A stretch of 64,000 nucleotides of DNA, taken from contig JALSID010000163.1 in the NCBI GenBank assembly GCA_026981825.1, positions 6,936-70,935 of the forward strand, read 5' to 3'. Positions 9,158 to 20,425 of the stretch are shown piece after piece (the first letter of the stretch is position 1; each line of letters starts with the position of its first letter). The position numbers were made by a program, and so were the translations under genes. This DNA is from Planctomycetota bacterium. Lineage in GTDB: Bacteria > Planctomycetota > Planctomycetia > JALXBF01. Under the pieces are notes generated by a model. It made no database searches and was not told the origin of the DNA. It saw nothing but the letters and a program-made list of their open reading frames with translations.

Positions 9158-12100
9158 CTACAAACGCGTGGATTTGCCGCTGCGGTCAGCGTTCTCTTTC
9201 GCTTCCAGCGTGCTCAGACGCTCCTTCGCTTCCCTGGCCACCTCGGCATCCGGGAACTCGCGCAGCACACGCCGGTACAGGTCGGCGGCCGCCTTGGGCT
9301 GGTTCAACTTCTCGTAGCACTTACCCGCCTCGACCAGGGCCGCAGCGCGCCAGCGCGGAATCTCGTACACCACATCCACCTTCAAGAACTCACGGATAGC
9401 TTCCTCATATGCCCCCCTCGCGAAATGAACCTCGCCGATCATGAATTGGGCACGCGCCGCGATCTCAGACGAGGGGGACTTCAAAGCCTGTTGAAACTCG
9501 TCGAGCGCCCGGTCCAACTGACCGACCCCCATGAGTGCTCGGCCCCGGTAGAAGTGCCCGAGAAAACGGAACTCGGGCGACGGCGCCGCTTCAACTAACC
9601 GGGACGCAGCCTGAACCGCGGCCTGCCAGTCCTGTTCGGCGATGAGCACCTGCACCTGGCGGAGCTGGACGTTCGGCCACCAGGCGGCCGTGGGGGGAGT
9701 CGAAGCCACCGCGTCTTGGACAACTTTGGCGAGCTCGCTTGATTTGCCCTGCTCGTACAACGCCTCTACAAGGATGTACAGTGCCTCGGATTGTTGTTCC
9801 TGTGCCGGCGAGGTATCGAGGAACTGCCGGGCGTAGCGTTCCGCGTCGGACCAGCGCTCCGCCGCAACAGATGCTCGGGCTAACAGAAGCAAGGCTCGCC
9901 CACGATGCGCCGCCGTGTTTGAGCGCTTGAGCACCCCGCTGAGCAGAGCGGTAGCTTCCTTTATGGAGGCGGCATCGCGCTGCTCGATGAGAAGCTGTGC
10001 TGCGTTTAACGCAGCCTCCGGGGCTTTTTCGCCCCCCCCGGCTGCACGGATCGCCAACCGGTACTCCTTTAAAGCTTCGTCACCCCGACCAGCCTTCCAA
10101 AGCACCCATGCGTATTCCTGCCGAATCGTCGCCTGGTCGAACGCCCCGACCGCTCGGGCTTGCTTGCCCGTGGAGTGGGCCTCCTCCCCTAACCGTTCCA
10201 GACAAGCTGCATAGGCAGCGGCCGCCTCCACGAACCTTTGGGCCTGCGTCAGAGTCCGCGCCAGCGCGAGCATCGCGTCGACCGCCAGGGGTGAATCCGG
10301 ATGCTCCTCGGTCACCCGACGAAACGCCGCGATCGCTTGCTCAAGCTGGCCGAGCTTCTTGGACGCGTATCCTTCCAGCAACAGCATCTCGGGCACGATC
10401 TCGCTCGATTTGTACTGCCCAAGGAATCGCGTCGCGTCCCGGAGAGCCTCTTCCGCTCGGTCGTTGTAGTACTTCGCCCAGGCGGCACCGGCAAGGGCGA
10501 AAGCAGCAGTCTCAGCAGGAACCGCCTCGCTCGCAGCCACCTCGTCGTAGAGCCGGGCGGCCACGTCATACGCTTCTATCCCGTAGAAGGCGTCGGCGCA
10601 CGCGAGTTTGGTCTGCACATAGAGCGTCGGGTTCGCCTTCTGCAACGTGTCGAGTTCCCGAAGCGCGTCGTCTGCCCGCCCCAGTTGCGCGTAGCAGATC
10701 GCCCGATACCCGCGAGCATACGCGCCCAGGTCGTGGTCAGTCCGCGCCTGGAGAAACACACTAAAGTTGCGCAGTGCCGTCTCGTAATCCTCTGTTCCGA
10801 ACGCACAGCGCCCCGCCAGGAAGTACGCCTCCGGTAAAAACGCCACGGTATCCGGCTCGTTCAGCAGCGACTCCAGTTCCTTGAGTGCTGCTCCCAGTTC
10901 ACGGCGGTCCGCTTTGAGGAGCGCGCTGTAGTACCGCGCCGTCGCCGCGACCCGTTTGTCGGCCGCCTTCAACGCATGGGGCAGCCATTGCTCGGCCTTG
11001 TCGGCTTCCCGCGCCGCCAGAGCTGCTCGAACAACAGCCAAAGCCACAGCCCCCTTGAGGTCCGAGTTCGGGTACAGCTCGAAAAAGTCGTTTGCCAGGG
11101 CAATACAGTCGTCCACATGGCCCAGATCGGAACGCAACTGAGCCGCGTGTACCATGGCATGCTCAGCCAGCTCATGCTCGGGCAGCTCACGCGGGATGCG
11201 CAGGTACGTCTCGATCGCCTTCTCGATTTCGCCCTGCTCGGCCTGTAACCGCGCCGCCTCGTTCCAGGCGCGAGCGGCGACATCGCCATCGGTGCGCACC
11301 GCCCGTTCCCCCACCGCCAGCAACTGCTCGATTGCCTCCGCGGCCTTCCCCTGAGCCGCCAGGGCTTTGCCCAGCCAGTAGCCCGCTTCAAGAGCAAGGG
11401 AGCTGTCTCCACCGAGGGATTGCACGAGCTGAAAATGAGTGGCCGCCTGCTGGTAGCCCTTCAACCGGTACAACGCAAGCCCGTTGTTGAAATGCGCCGT
11501 TTTCGCCAGAGGGCTGTCGGGAAACCGCTGCAGAAGGGTCTCAAACAATTGCCGTGCGTGCGCGTAACGGCCGCGATCGTACTCGATCGTCCCCGCCGCC
11601 AAAAGTGCATCGTCTGCCACCTCACTGTTGCCCTGACCCGCAGCCGTGTAGTACTGCAGGGCAAGCTCAATCTTGCCGCGGTTCTCTTCAATCTGAGCCA
11701 GAGCGTAGCGGTAATGGTCGGCCAGGGGAAGGCGTCCGTACAGCCGCAGAGCGGACTCTAACAGCTCGGCCGCCTCTTGCTCCTTACCGGCCCGTAACAA
11801 CGCCTCGCCGAGGTAGCGAAGCGCATAAGGACGCATCCGATGCTCAGGATGGTGGTCAAGGTACGCCCTCAGCAAGGGAATGGCGGTCTGCCAGCGTTGC
11901 GCAAGATAGGCGGCTTCGCCGGCGCGGAATCGAGCCCACGGAAAGTGCTGTTCTTGCGGGTAAGCTTCGATGTACCTCTGGTAGGCTTTCAGGGCCGCCT
12001 CGTACTGCTTCTGCTGCAGCAGCGACTCGGCCAGGAAGAACTGGGCCTCATGGGCTCTGGGGTGGTCCGGGAACTTTTGGAGGAATTCACGGTAGGTGTC

Positions 12101-12307
12101 GGCCGCAAAGCTGAACTGCCGACGCTGGAAAAAACGAACGGCTGCCTTGAGCAAGCGGGCCGCTTCGCGGTCTCGCTGCTGCTCTTGGTCGCGTGCAGCC
12201 GCGGACTTCGATTCCTGGCGTGGCGCGCTCCCGGCCAGGGCCGAACCGGCTCCGCCGACCGTCGTCGCGACGAGCAGCAGCAAGGCGGTTCTCACAATCG
12301 GCATCAT
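9158..12307 (-). CDS. large secreted tetratricopeptide-repeat protein (CpoB/YbgF-like TPR arrays)
   Basis: ATGATG at 12302-12307 with GGGAG SD. Signal peptide MMPIVRTALLLLVATTVGGAGSALA. More than 20 TPR-like helix pairs throughout (AxxxYxxAlxxY patterns). Ends 10 bp before exbB. Confidence 0.8.
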   Translation of the reverse strand: MMPIVRTALLLLVATTVGGAGSALAGSAPRQESKSAAARDQEQQRDREAARLLKAAVRFFQRRQFSFAADTYREFLQKFPDHPRAHEAQFFLAESLLQQKQYEAALKAYQRYIEAYPQEQHFPWARFRAGEAAYLAQRWQTAIPLLRAYLDHHPEHRMRPYALRYLGEALLRAGKEQEAAELLESALRLYGRLPLADHYRYALAQIEENRGKIELALQYYTAAGQGNSEVADDALLAAGTIEYDRGRYAHARQLFETLLQRFPDSPLAKTAHFNNGLALYRLKGYQQAATHFQLVQSLGGDSSLALEAGYWLGKALAAQGKAAEAIEQLLAVGERAVRTDGDVAARAWNEAARLQAEQGEIEKAIETYLRIPRELPEHELAEHAMVHAAQLRSDLGHVDDCIALANDFFELYPNSDLKGAVALAVVRAALAAREADKAEQWLPHALKAADKRVAATARYYSALLKADRRELGAALKELESLLNEPDTVAFLPEAYFLAGRCAFGTEDYETALRNFSVFLQARTDHDLGAYARGYRAICYAQLGRADDALRELDTLQKANPTLYVQTKLACADAFYGIEAYDVAARLYDEVAASEAVPAETAAFALAGAAWAKYYNDRAEEALRDATRFLGQYKSSEIVPEMLLLEGYASKKLGQLEQAIAAFRRVTEEHPDSPLAVDAMLALARTLTQAQRFVEAAAAYAACLERLGEEAHSTGKQARAVGAFDQATIRQEYAWVLWKAGRGDEALKEYRLAIRAAGGGEKAPEAALNAAQLLIEQRDAASIKEATALLSGVLKRSNTAAHRGRALLLLARASVAAERWSDAERYARQFLDTSPAQEQQSEALYILVEALYEQGKSSELAKVVQDAVASTPPTAAWWPNVQLRQVQVLIAEQDWQAAVQAASRLVEAAPSPEFRFLGHFYRGRALMGVGQLDRALDEFQQALKSPSSEIAARAQFMIGEVHFARGAYEEAIREFLKVDVVYEIPRWRAAALVEAGKCYEKLNQPKAAADLYRRVLREFPDAEVAREAKERLSTLEAKENADRSGKSTRL

Positions 12308-12664
12308 CTTCCACTCCCGAGATGCACTCTGGCGCAAGCCCGACGCCATCGGGCCCTGGCCGTACCCGGACCGTCTGCCTCTATCATCGGCTCGTTTCCG
12401 TTGCTCAGCCCATCTAATTGGATTATTGCCGACAACCATCAGGCGGCACAGGAGATGAAGCTCTCGTCTCGTCCCTTCATCCGGACGTGTGGTCCTACAA
12501 GTAGAAGCGCCAGCGGCGCCCGTTTCGAACCGTTGGTGAAGAGGTGTTCACGAGCACAGCCGTTTGCCTTCTGCGTCCCGTACTACCGCCGATGCGACTC
12601 GGAACGCAACGTCTGCGCCGTAGCATCCGGGCCGTACCACACCACTGCCGCCTACGCTTCGGAA

Positions 12665-12688
12665 AGGCCAGGGGGAAATCCCCCTGGC
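12665..12688 (-). terminator. GC-rich hairpin terminator downstream of mdh
   Basis: GGCCAGGGGG-AAAT-CCCCCTGGCC: perfect 10-bp stem with 4-nt loop, 30 bp after mdh stop. On the minus strand it is followed by TTTCC. A perfect 10-bp stem is unlikely by chance in 64 kb. Confidence 0.5.
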
Positions 12689-12717
12689 CGTCGATCGATC
12701 GAACCGGGTCAGACCGA

Positions 12718-13716
<999 letters not shown>

Positions 13717-14170
13717 TTACACCGAACTATGTGCACCCGACCGGTGCTCTCCGGCTCCATATGCGGTCCCAAGCCGATGAAGAGCAATGTGGCTTGCAAC
13801 CGCCGTGCCTCGCAGTGGGAACAAGCATTCTAACCCGCAGCGGTAAACCGTGCCGCACCCGAGCCGGTCGGTCCTTCCTCCCGCGGAACGATTGTTGGCC
13901 CCCTCCCACCGGCCGCCCCCGCCAGACGCAAACGATCCGCCGGCCCGGCCGGTCCCCGTCTCGGGCGTGTATGTTTGGCACTCGGGCGAGCGTGCGTGAA
14001 CCTGGTCACGTCTGCCGCCCTGAGCCGTGGGCCCGGCAACCTGTAGGATCAGTGGCCGGGCTATTGCCCCTACGTCCACCCAGCCGATGTACCGAATCGA
14101 CCGGGCAGCGATGTGCTACTGACGGGTGGTGGAAGCGACAGGCAGTGGGTACCGCGATCAGCCTTTGGCC

Positions 14171-14198
14171 TTAAGATTTTGCGAACGCACCCGATAAA
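14171..14198 (+). promoter_or_regulatory. candidate sigma70-like promoter (TTAAGA-17-GATAAA) for downstream TPR gene
   Basis: AT-rich patch in otherwise GC-rich intergenic DNA, 16 nt upstream of ATG 14214; hexamers 4/6 each. Confidence 0.25.
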
Positions 14199-14213
14199 TG
14201 GCCTGGAGAACAC

Positions 14214-17162
14214 ATGAGTCGCGGCTCGTATCTTGCTTGGCTAGTCGGTGCTGCCCTCTTGTTGGCGCCCATCCACTCCCCCCCGACGCGGGCCGAAGAG
14301 GACCGAGAAGCGTTTATCGAAGCTCTGCGCAATGCGGGCTACTACGACGTCGTAGTGGCGTATATCGAGCAGCAGTTGCGTGAGCGGTCCCTCGGCGCCG
14401 AGGAAAGAGAAGCTCTAACCTTCGAACTCGCTCAGGCCCTGCTTGACGCGGCCGCGCACGAACCTGACCTGCAGAAGCGCGCCGCTTTGCTGGATCGAAG
14501 CCAACGGGCGCTCCGCGAGTACTTGAACCGCTATCAGGAGGGGGTCTACGCGGCAAAAGCAGAATTTGAGCTCGCAAGGCTTCAGTTCGAGCGCGGTCGA
14601 CTCCTGGCGGCTCAGGCCGAGAAAGCGGACTCGCCGGCGCAGGTCCGGGCACGGTGGCACGAGGCACGGGAGGCGTTCCGCGAAGCACAAGAGCGGTTTC
14701 GACAGGCAGCGGCATTGTTCCAGAAACAGCTCCGCCAGTACCCACTGCACGTCGACCCGAATCGCACGGTTGAGATTGCAGGACGGCGGTTACCGGGGCG
14801 CGTAGCCGCTCGCCTGAGAAGCGAGGCCGAGGTGAACCGGATCCTCGCTCAGTTCCACGACGCGATGGTTGACTTCGAGTACGCGCACACCTTTCCGGAG
14901 GGTACTGCCGAGCGGCGTGCGAAGCTTGAAGAGGCCGAGAAGAAATTCGAGCGGATCTACCAGCTCTATCGCACGGTTTTGGCAGGTTTGCATGCGCGCA
15001 TGTGGATGGCGCGATGTCTGGACGAGTTGGGCGAGACGAGAAAGGCGCTGGGGCTGTACGAGGAACTGCTTCGCCACGACCCGGCGGACCAGCCCAACAG
15101 CGCGGCGCGAGCGGCGCTAACCGAACTGCAACGGCGTGTTCGTGCGTTCTGGATCGCCGCTCAGAACCGTCTGGGCAATTATCAGCTCGCCCTGGACGCT
15201 GCCCGAGAATGGCTGCGTCGCAACCGACGGCAGCGCTACTCGGAAACGGGTCAAACGATCCTTTGGGAACTCGCCCGGGCAGCACGCGGCCTGTACTCAA
15301 AGCTGCCGGACAATTCCCCCCAACGGCGTGCGTTACTCCGCGAGGCGATCGACGCTTGGGCCGAACTGGCCCGTCAGGATTCCCCCTACCGGCAGTTGGC
15401 CGTTGCGGAACTGCAACGTTGGGCCGGTGTAGAGCAGGTTTCGGGCCGGCGAGAACTGACCTTTGCGGCTGCAGTTTCGCTGGCCACACAGGCGTTAGAG
15501 GCGGAGAACTGGGCCGAGGCAGAACGGCTTTACGGCATTGCACTCACTCTACGGCACGAAGCGGACAACAGCTACCAGGTCAACGACGCTCGGCTACGGC
15601 GTGCCTACGCCCTCTATCGTCTGGGCAAGCAGCTCGAAGCGGCCGTGATCGCCGAGCACATAGTCTGGCGCTACCCAGGCTCCGGGCTGGCCAAAAGTGC
15701 CGCGTACCTGGCCCTCGTTTCGCTCTGGTCGGCGTACCGAGAGGCCCTGCAACAGAGGAACCCCGTGGTGAGCTCGGGCCTTCTCCCGCATATCGAACAG
15801 CTCGCCACCACGGTGGTCGATCGTTGGCCCACATCGCGAGAAGCGGACTTCGCGCGGTCGTTGCTCGGTCACATCGCGTGGAGGAACAAGGACTGGCGCG
15901 GCGCTGCGCGGTGGTACGAAGCCGTCAGCCCCAGCGCCGAGGGTTACGTAAAAAGCATGCTTCGGGCCGCTGAGGCGTGGTGGCAGGTGTACATCTCACA
16001 GGCAAGGGGGACAGCCGAAAGCGCCGAGATCCTTTCGCGGTGCCAGAAGGCTGCCGAGGCAGCTCGAACCGCCCATGGTGATCAGCTCAATAAGGACGCG
16101 AGCCAGCGCCCCCCGTCGCTTGTGCAGGCGGATCTTCTCCTGGCGCGGGTCATGCTGGAACAAGGGAACGTCGAAGAGGTGCGGCGGCTGATTGAGCCCT
16201 ATTTTGTCGTTGCTTTCGTCCGGGACGACCTGGGAGCACTGCGGGAACAGCTTCTAACCGTCCTCCTCCAGGCGCATCTGATGGCCGGGGACCTGGAGGC
16301 GGCGCAGCGTGTACTGGCCATGATGGAACGTTCCGACACAACTGGCCTGCGCCAACTTATGGCCCAGCTCGCCGACCGCCTCGCGGACGAAGCCGAGCGG
16401 CTCAAGCAAGCGGGCCAAGCGGACCTGGCCGAGGAGCGTGCCCAGGCGTTCGCACGTCTTGTCTACCAGCTTCTCGAAGACAGGGCCTTGCCTGCCGAGG
16501 TTCTCTTCGGCTTCGTCCCCAGCCTCAGTCAACTTGGTCAGCATGAAGCGGCAATTCGCGCGGCCCAGCAGCTTGTGCAGACAACCCGCTCAGACCGCAG
16601 GAAGAACCGTGCGGCCCGTCTGTTGCTTGCCCAGGCCCTCCGTGCGGCGGGCCGGTATCGGGACGCGGCAGGATTGTTACTCAGTGCCGACCGTCGTTCG
16701 GGGCTGCTTGCGGAAAACCCGCGTGCTGTGGACGCGATCATGGAGTATGGCCGGGTGCTTACCTGGTGGGGCCTGGAGGAAGCAAGCCGGCTCAAAGAAG
16801 CCTCTCGCCACTGGAACCGCTACACTCGCCTGCTATCGCTTGCTCGGCGGCGGCCGGACGAGTATTACCAAGCGTGGTGTTATCTGATCTTGACCGAGCT
16901 TGCCCGAGGCCAAAGAGGGGGGACGGGAAGCCGACAGCGTGCGCGCGCCCTGGCCCGCTACGGGTTGCAGACATCGCCCGCCGCCGATCTGGATCGCCGG
17001 ATCCAGGGCCCTGGCTGGGCAGACCTGCTGCGCCTGGCCGAAAAACTCGGCCTGCGCCGTCCACGTGAGCTGGACACGGTACGCGACGTGCTTGAATGGC
17101 TTCATGGACAGGCCGGTGGGCGACCGGGCGACTCGCCAGCGCCGACGGAAAGCCTACGGTGA
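14214..17162 (+). CDS. large secreted TPR/alpha-helical repeat protein
   Basis: Signal peptide MSRGSYLAWLVGAALLLAPIHS; 982 aa of TPR-like repeats. GGAGAA SD. Confidence 0.75.
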   Translation: MSRGSYLAWLVGAALLLAPIHSPPTRAEEDREAFIEALRNAGYYDVVVAYIEQQLRERSLGAEEREALTFELAQALLDAAAHEPDLQKRAALLDRSQRALREYLNRYQEGVYAAKAEFELARLQFERGRLLAAQAEKADSPAQVRARWHEAREAFREAQERFRQAAALFQKQLRQYPLHVDPNRTVEIAGRRLPGRVAARLRSEAEVNRILAQFHDAMVDFEYAHTFPEGTAERRAKLEEAEKKFERIYQLYRTVLAGLHARMWMARCLDELGETRKALGLYEELLRHDPADQPNSAARAALTELQRRVRAFWIAAQNRLGNYQLALDAAREWLRRNRRQRYSETGQTILWELARAARGLYSKLPDNSPQRRALLREAIDAWAELARQDSPYRQLAVAELQRWAGVEQVSGRRELTFAAAVSLATQALEAENWAEAERLYGIALTLRHEADNSYQVNDARLRRAYALYRLGKQLEAAVIAEHIVWRYPGSGLAKSAAYLALVSLWSAYREALQQRNPVVSSGLLPHIEQLATTVVDRWPTSREADFARSLLGHIAWRNKDWRGAARWYEAVSPSAEGYVKSMLRAAEAWWQVYISQARGTAESAEILSRCQKAAEAARTAHGDQLNKDASQRPPSLVQADLLLARVMLEQGNVEEVRRLIEPYFVVAFVRDDLGALREQLLTVLLQAHLMAGDLEAAQRVLAMMERSDTTGLRQLMAQLADRLADEAERLKQAGQADLAEERAQAFARLVYQLLEDRALPAEVLFGFVPSLSQLGQHEAAIRAAQQLVQTTRSDRRKNRAARLLLAQALRAAGRYRDAAGLLLSADRRSGLLAENPRAVDAIMEYGRVLTWWGLEEASRLKEASRHWNRYTRLLSLARRRPDEYYQAWCYLILTELARGQRGGTGSRQRARALARYGLQTSPAADLDRRIQGPGWADLLRLAEKLGLRRPRELDTVRDVLEWLHGQAGGRPGDSPAPTESLR

Positions 17163-17180
17163 GGGGGGCGTGGCGGCAAC

Positions 17181-17200
17181 TTATGCACGCGTTATCTACA
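17181..17200 (+). promoter_or_regulatory. pair of DnaA-box-like 9-mers upstream of dnaA
   Basis: TTATGCACG (17181-17189) and TTATCTACA (17192-17200) versus consensus TTATCCACA: 2 and 1 mismatches, 2-nt spacing, about 280 bp upstream of dnaA. Confidence 0.35.
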
Positions 17201-17475
17201 GGAAGCGCACGCCTGTCGTTTCCGAAAGAAGCCCGATTCCTTGCCGGGATGAAGGCTTAGGACGAACCGCTACGGGCGGCGTGGTCGATTCGCAAATCGC
17301 TGCTCGGGCCTTTCGCTTTCGATGCAGATCGCGGTACAATCGCTGCGCGTGATACCTTGCCTTGCATGCAACCGTGTGTTGTGCCCGCTACATGCCCGAT
17401 TCGCGGGACCAGATCGGGCGGTGCGGGGAAACGGATTGTGGCCCATGTGTCTCAGGACGCGCTGGGGGATTCATC

Positions 17476-18885
17476 GTGACGGTTTACGAGAGCGGTACGG
17501 CTACCGCTATCCGGCAGGAAGTTGCTGCACGTGTCGGCGAGACCCGGTACAAGCTCTGGTTTGCAGATAGTGCGAGGTTCGAACTGAATGAAACCGAAAA
17601 CGAACTGGTTGTCGGTGTTCCGAACCTGTTTTTCCAGGACTGGCTTGCGAACAACTTCCTCCCTCTACTGAAGGAGGTCGCCCAAAAGGTCGCCGGCCGT
17701 CCTCTGGCGGTACGGATTGTGGTGGACCCGGAGCTGTTCCACCGGATCCGTCGGAATGGGGAACCCCGGGAACGTCGGGCTGTTCTTCCCAGCGATTCCG
17801 CTTCCTCCTCAGAGGTAAACCAGCAGGCCCCCCGCTCGGAGGAGGCACCTCGCGACCGGTATACGTTCGACAATTTCGTGGTGGGACCGTGTAACGAGTT
17901 CGCCTTTTGTGCCTGCCGTGAAGTAGCACGGCGACCGGGAGCGGCCTTCAACCCCCTCGTCATATTTGGCCCCCTGGGGACAGGGAAGACTCACCTGCTC
18001 CGCGCGATCGCCAACGCCGTCAGCCAGGGCAAACGCCCCAGAAGGCCCCTTTACCTGACGAGCGAGACGTTCACCAACCGTTTCCTGGAAGCAATGGACA
18101 ATCGGCAGCTTGGTCGATTCCGCCGCGAGGTGCGCGGTGCCGACGTGCTCTTGCTGGACGACCTCCAATTCCTCACGCGAACGACTGCGACCCAGCGCGA
18201 GCTGCTCCATACGATCGACGAACTGGTCGGATCTCAAGCTCAGGTCGTCGTCGCCTCCGATCAGCACCCCTCCTATCTCACCTCGCTAAGCCCGTCGCTC
18301 CGCGAGCGGCTCATCACGGGAATGGCCTGTGAGCTTCATCTTCCTGATCGGGAAACTCGGGAGAAGGTTCTCCGCCTCAAGTCGGAGCGTCTGGGCTTGT
18401 CCCTCTCGGAACCGGTGCTGAACTTCGTGGTTGATAATGTGGCGGGCAGCATGCGGGAAGTAGAAGGCGCGTTGAACCGGCTGCTCGCGGTGGCTTCCCT
18501 CTCCGGTCGGAAACTCACCATCGACATCGCGCGTCAGGCGATTGCGGACCTGATCCGGCGGCAGCTGCGCCGGGTCACGATCCGCGACATCGAACGCAGC
18601 GTCTGCCAGCTCTTCCATCTGGACAGCAAGACGCTCCGGTCTCGTTCGCGGGCCAGCGGCGTGGTGTACCCCCGGCTCATCGCCATGTACCTGGCACGCA
18701 AACACACCGGCGCCTCCTATCAGGAAATCGGTCAGTACTTCGGCGGCCGGCTGCATACAACGGCCATCTCCGCCGAGAGACGGGTGCGAGAGCTGATCGA
18801 AAAGCACGCTGTCCTTCAGATTGGTGGTGCGCGCTGGTCGATTGATGACGTGGTAGCCGCGATCGAGCGTAGCCTAGGCGTCTGA
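17476..18885 (+). CDS. dnaA: chromosomal replication initiator protein DnaA
   Basis: N-terminal domain (YKLWFADSARFEL...LVVGVPNLFFQDWLANNF). AAA+ Walker A GPLGTGKTHLL, sensor and box motifs. C-terminal DNA-binding domain (...VYPRLIAMYLARKHTGASYQEIGQYFGGR.HTTAISAERRV). Start assigned to in-frame GTG 17476; alternatives are TTG 17362 or further upstream. Confidence 0.9.
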   Translation: MTVYESGTATAIRQEVAARVGETRYKLWFADSARFELNETENELVVGVPNLFFQDWLANNFLPLLKEVAQKVAGRPLAVRIVVDPELFHRIRRNGEPRERRAVLPSDSASSSEVNQQAPRSEEAPRDRYTFDNFVVGPCNEFAFCACREVARRPGAAFNPLVIFGPLGTGKTHLLRAIANAVSQGKRPRRPLYLTSETFTNRFLEAMDNRQLGRFRREVRGADVLLLDDLQFLTRTTATQRELLHTIDELVGSQAQVVVASDQHPSYLTSLSPSLRERLITGMACELHLPDRETREKVLRLKSERLGLSLSEPVLNFVVDNVAGSMREVEGALNRLLAVASLSGRKLTIDIARQAIADLIRRQLRRVTIRDIERSVCQLFHLDSKTLRSRSRASGVVYPRLIAMYLARKHTGASYQEIGQYFGGRLHTTAISAERRVRELIEKHAVLQIGGARWSIDDVVAAIERSLGV

Positions 18886-19121
18886 TCAGACGGCGAGTTC
18901 CGCCGCCTAGCAGCTACACCGGTCCAACCGGTTGCCCACACGGCATCTAAGCTACCGGGTGTCTGTCGACGGCAAACGCTCGCAGCGCAAAGGGCACAAC
19001 GGCCCCCCCTGGCGAAACGCACCGGCCGGCGGACGCCAGACGGCGCCAATGCGATCAGACAGATGCTCGGAGGGGTCTCGGTACTTGGCCGCCCACTACT
19101 TGGCGTTCGTACCCCCCGCGC

Positions 19122-20177
19122 TCATTCCTGGTCCTGCGTGCTACTGGCGAGCTGCCTAGCCCACTGGCTATTGGGGTACTCCTGGAGCAGAAGCTCTCGG
19201 GCTTGTCTCGCCCGGTCCGGCCTTCCGGCCCTGGCCCACAGGTCGGACAAACGTGCCAGGGCCTCGGCGCGATACTGAGCCGCCTCGGGGAGCATAAGGT
19301 CGACATACAGATAGGCGAGAATCGCATCCATCACCTTGTCGGCCCGCTCGTACACCCGGCCAAGGGTAAGGAAAGCACGTGCGTTGACGGTTTCATTCTC
19401 CGGAGGAGCAGAGTCGATGACCACTCGCAGCTCCTTCACCGCCTCCTCGACCTCGCCACGTGCCGCCTTCACCTCCGCCATAAGCAAGCGGATGCGGAGC
19501 TTCAGTTCGTCCGAAAGGTTCTCTTTCCCGGACAAATCTGCCAGGATGGCCGCTGCCTCGTCGACGTTACCGCCGCGCATGAGCAGCTCTGCGCGGGCCA
19601 AAGCGGCTTCGACCTGGAAACCAGCGACAGGCGACTGCTCCAGCTCGGCAAGTGTCTGCTGGGCCACGTCCGTTTTGCCCAACGCAAGCTGCACGCGATA
19701 CAGCCAGTTCAACGCGGGGTAGTAGTGCCGAGTGTTCCTATGTTGGGCGATGAACTGCTTCAGGGCCCCTTCTGCGTCCGTCGCCTTGGCCGGGTCGACC
19801 TGGGCCCATTTTGCCAGAGCCCGCGCCCGTGCGAACTCGGCTGCGATTCGTACGAACGACCCCTCCGGCGCTTGCCTCAACGCCCTTTCATAGCTCTGCA
19901 CAGCATCCTCGTAATTGCCCGCCCTCTCCTTGAACCAAGCCTGCGCCAGTACCGCTCCGGTCGGGCCGTCGTACTGGATGCGCTCCACTTGGTCGACGCT
20001 CAATCGACGCGTGGCCCCCTCGGCAGTCGTGATCACCACCTCCGTGGGCCCTTCAGAGCGAACACTGCCACGCACGCGCCGGCCCCCTTTGAGGTAGACC
20101 AGGTCGTCCGCGGCGGCCGGCATGGCCAGCAAACACAGCAGGCCAACGTAGCTACCAAACGCCACAACACGGTTCAT
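19122..20177 (-). CDS. secreted TPR-like repeat protein
   Basis: Signal peptide MNRVVAFGSYVGLLCLLAMPAAADD, then TPR-like helical repeats. Confidence 0.7.
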   Translation of the reverse strand: MNRVVAFGSYVGLLCLLAMPAAADDLVYLKGGRRVRGSVRSEGPTEVVITTAEGATRRLSVDQVERIQYDGPTGAVLAQAWFKERAGNYEDAVQSYERALRQAPEGSFVRIAAEFARARALAKWAQVDPAKATDAEGALKQFIAQHRNTRHYYPALNWLYRVQLALGKTDVAQQTLAELEQSPVAGFQVEAALARAELLMRGGNVDEAAAILADLSGKENLSDELKLRIRLLMAEVKAARGEVEEAVKELRVVIDSAPPENETVNARAFLTLGRVYERADKVMDAILAYLYVDLMLPEAAQYRAEALARLSDLWARAGRPDRARQARELLLQEYPNSQWARQLASSTQDQE

Positions 20178-20425
20178 ACTCACACAGCTCCTCCACGGGT
20201 GGACAGGCCTCACCTGCAATTCTGCACCGCCCTGAACCGATCTGCAAGAGCTTCGCAGAAGGATTCGCCGTGGACTGTGGGCGGGCGCCAGGGACTTGCG
20301 CGGGAAACGTCGCGCCTCACGAGTCGCCCACGGTCGTTCGTGTACACTGGTAGTAGCGGTAAGGGACGGCGCCGCCTGTCAACGGTTGGCCTACCTGGTG
20401 ACGTATATGGCGGAGAGACTGGCCA

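Noticed and set aside
14314-15543. 409-aa minus-strand ORF
   Set aside because: Antisense to the 14214-17162 TPR gene. R/P-rich composition.
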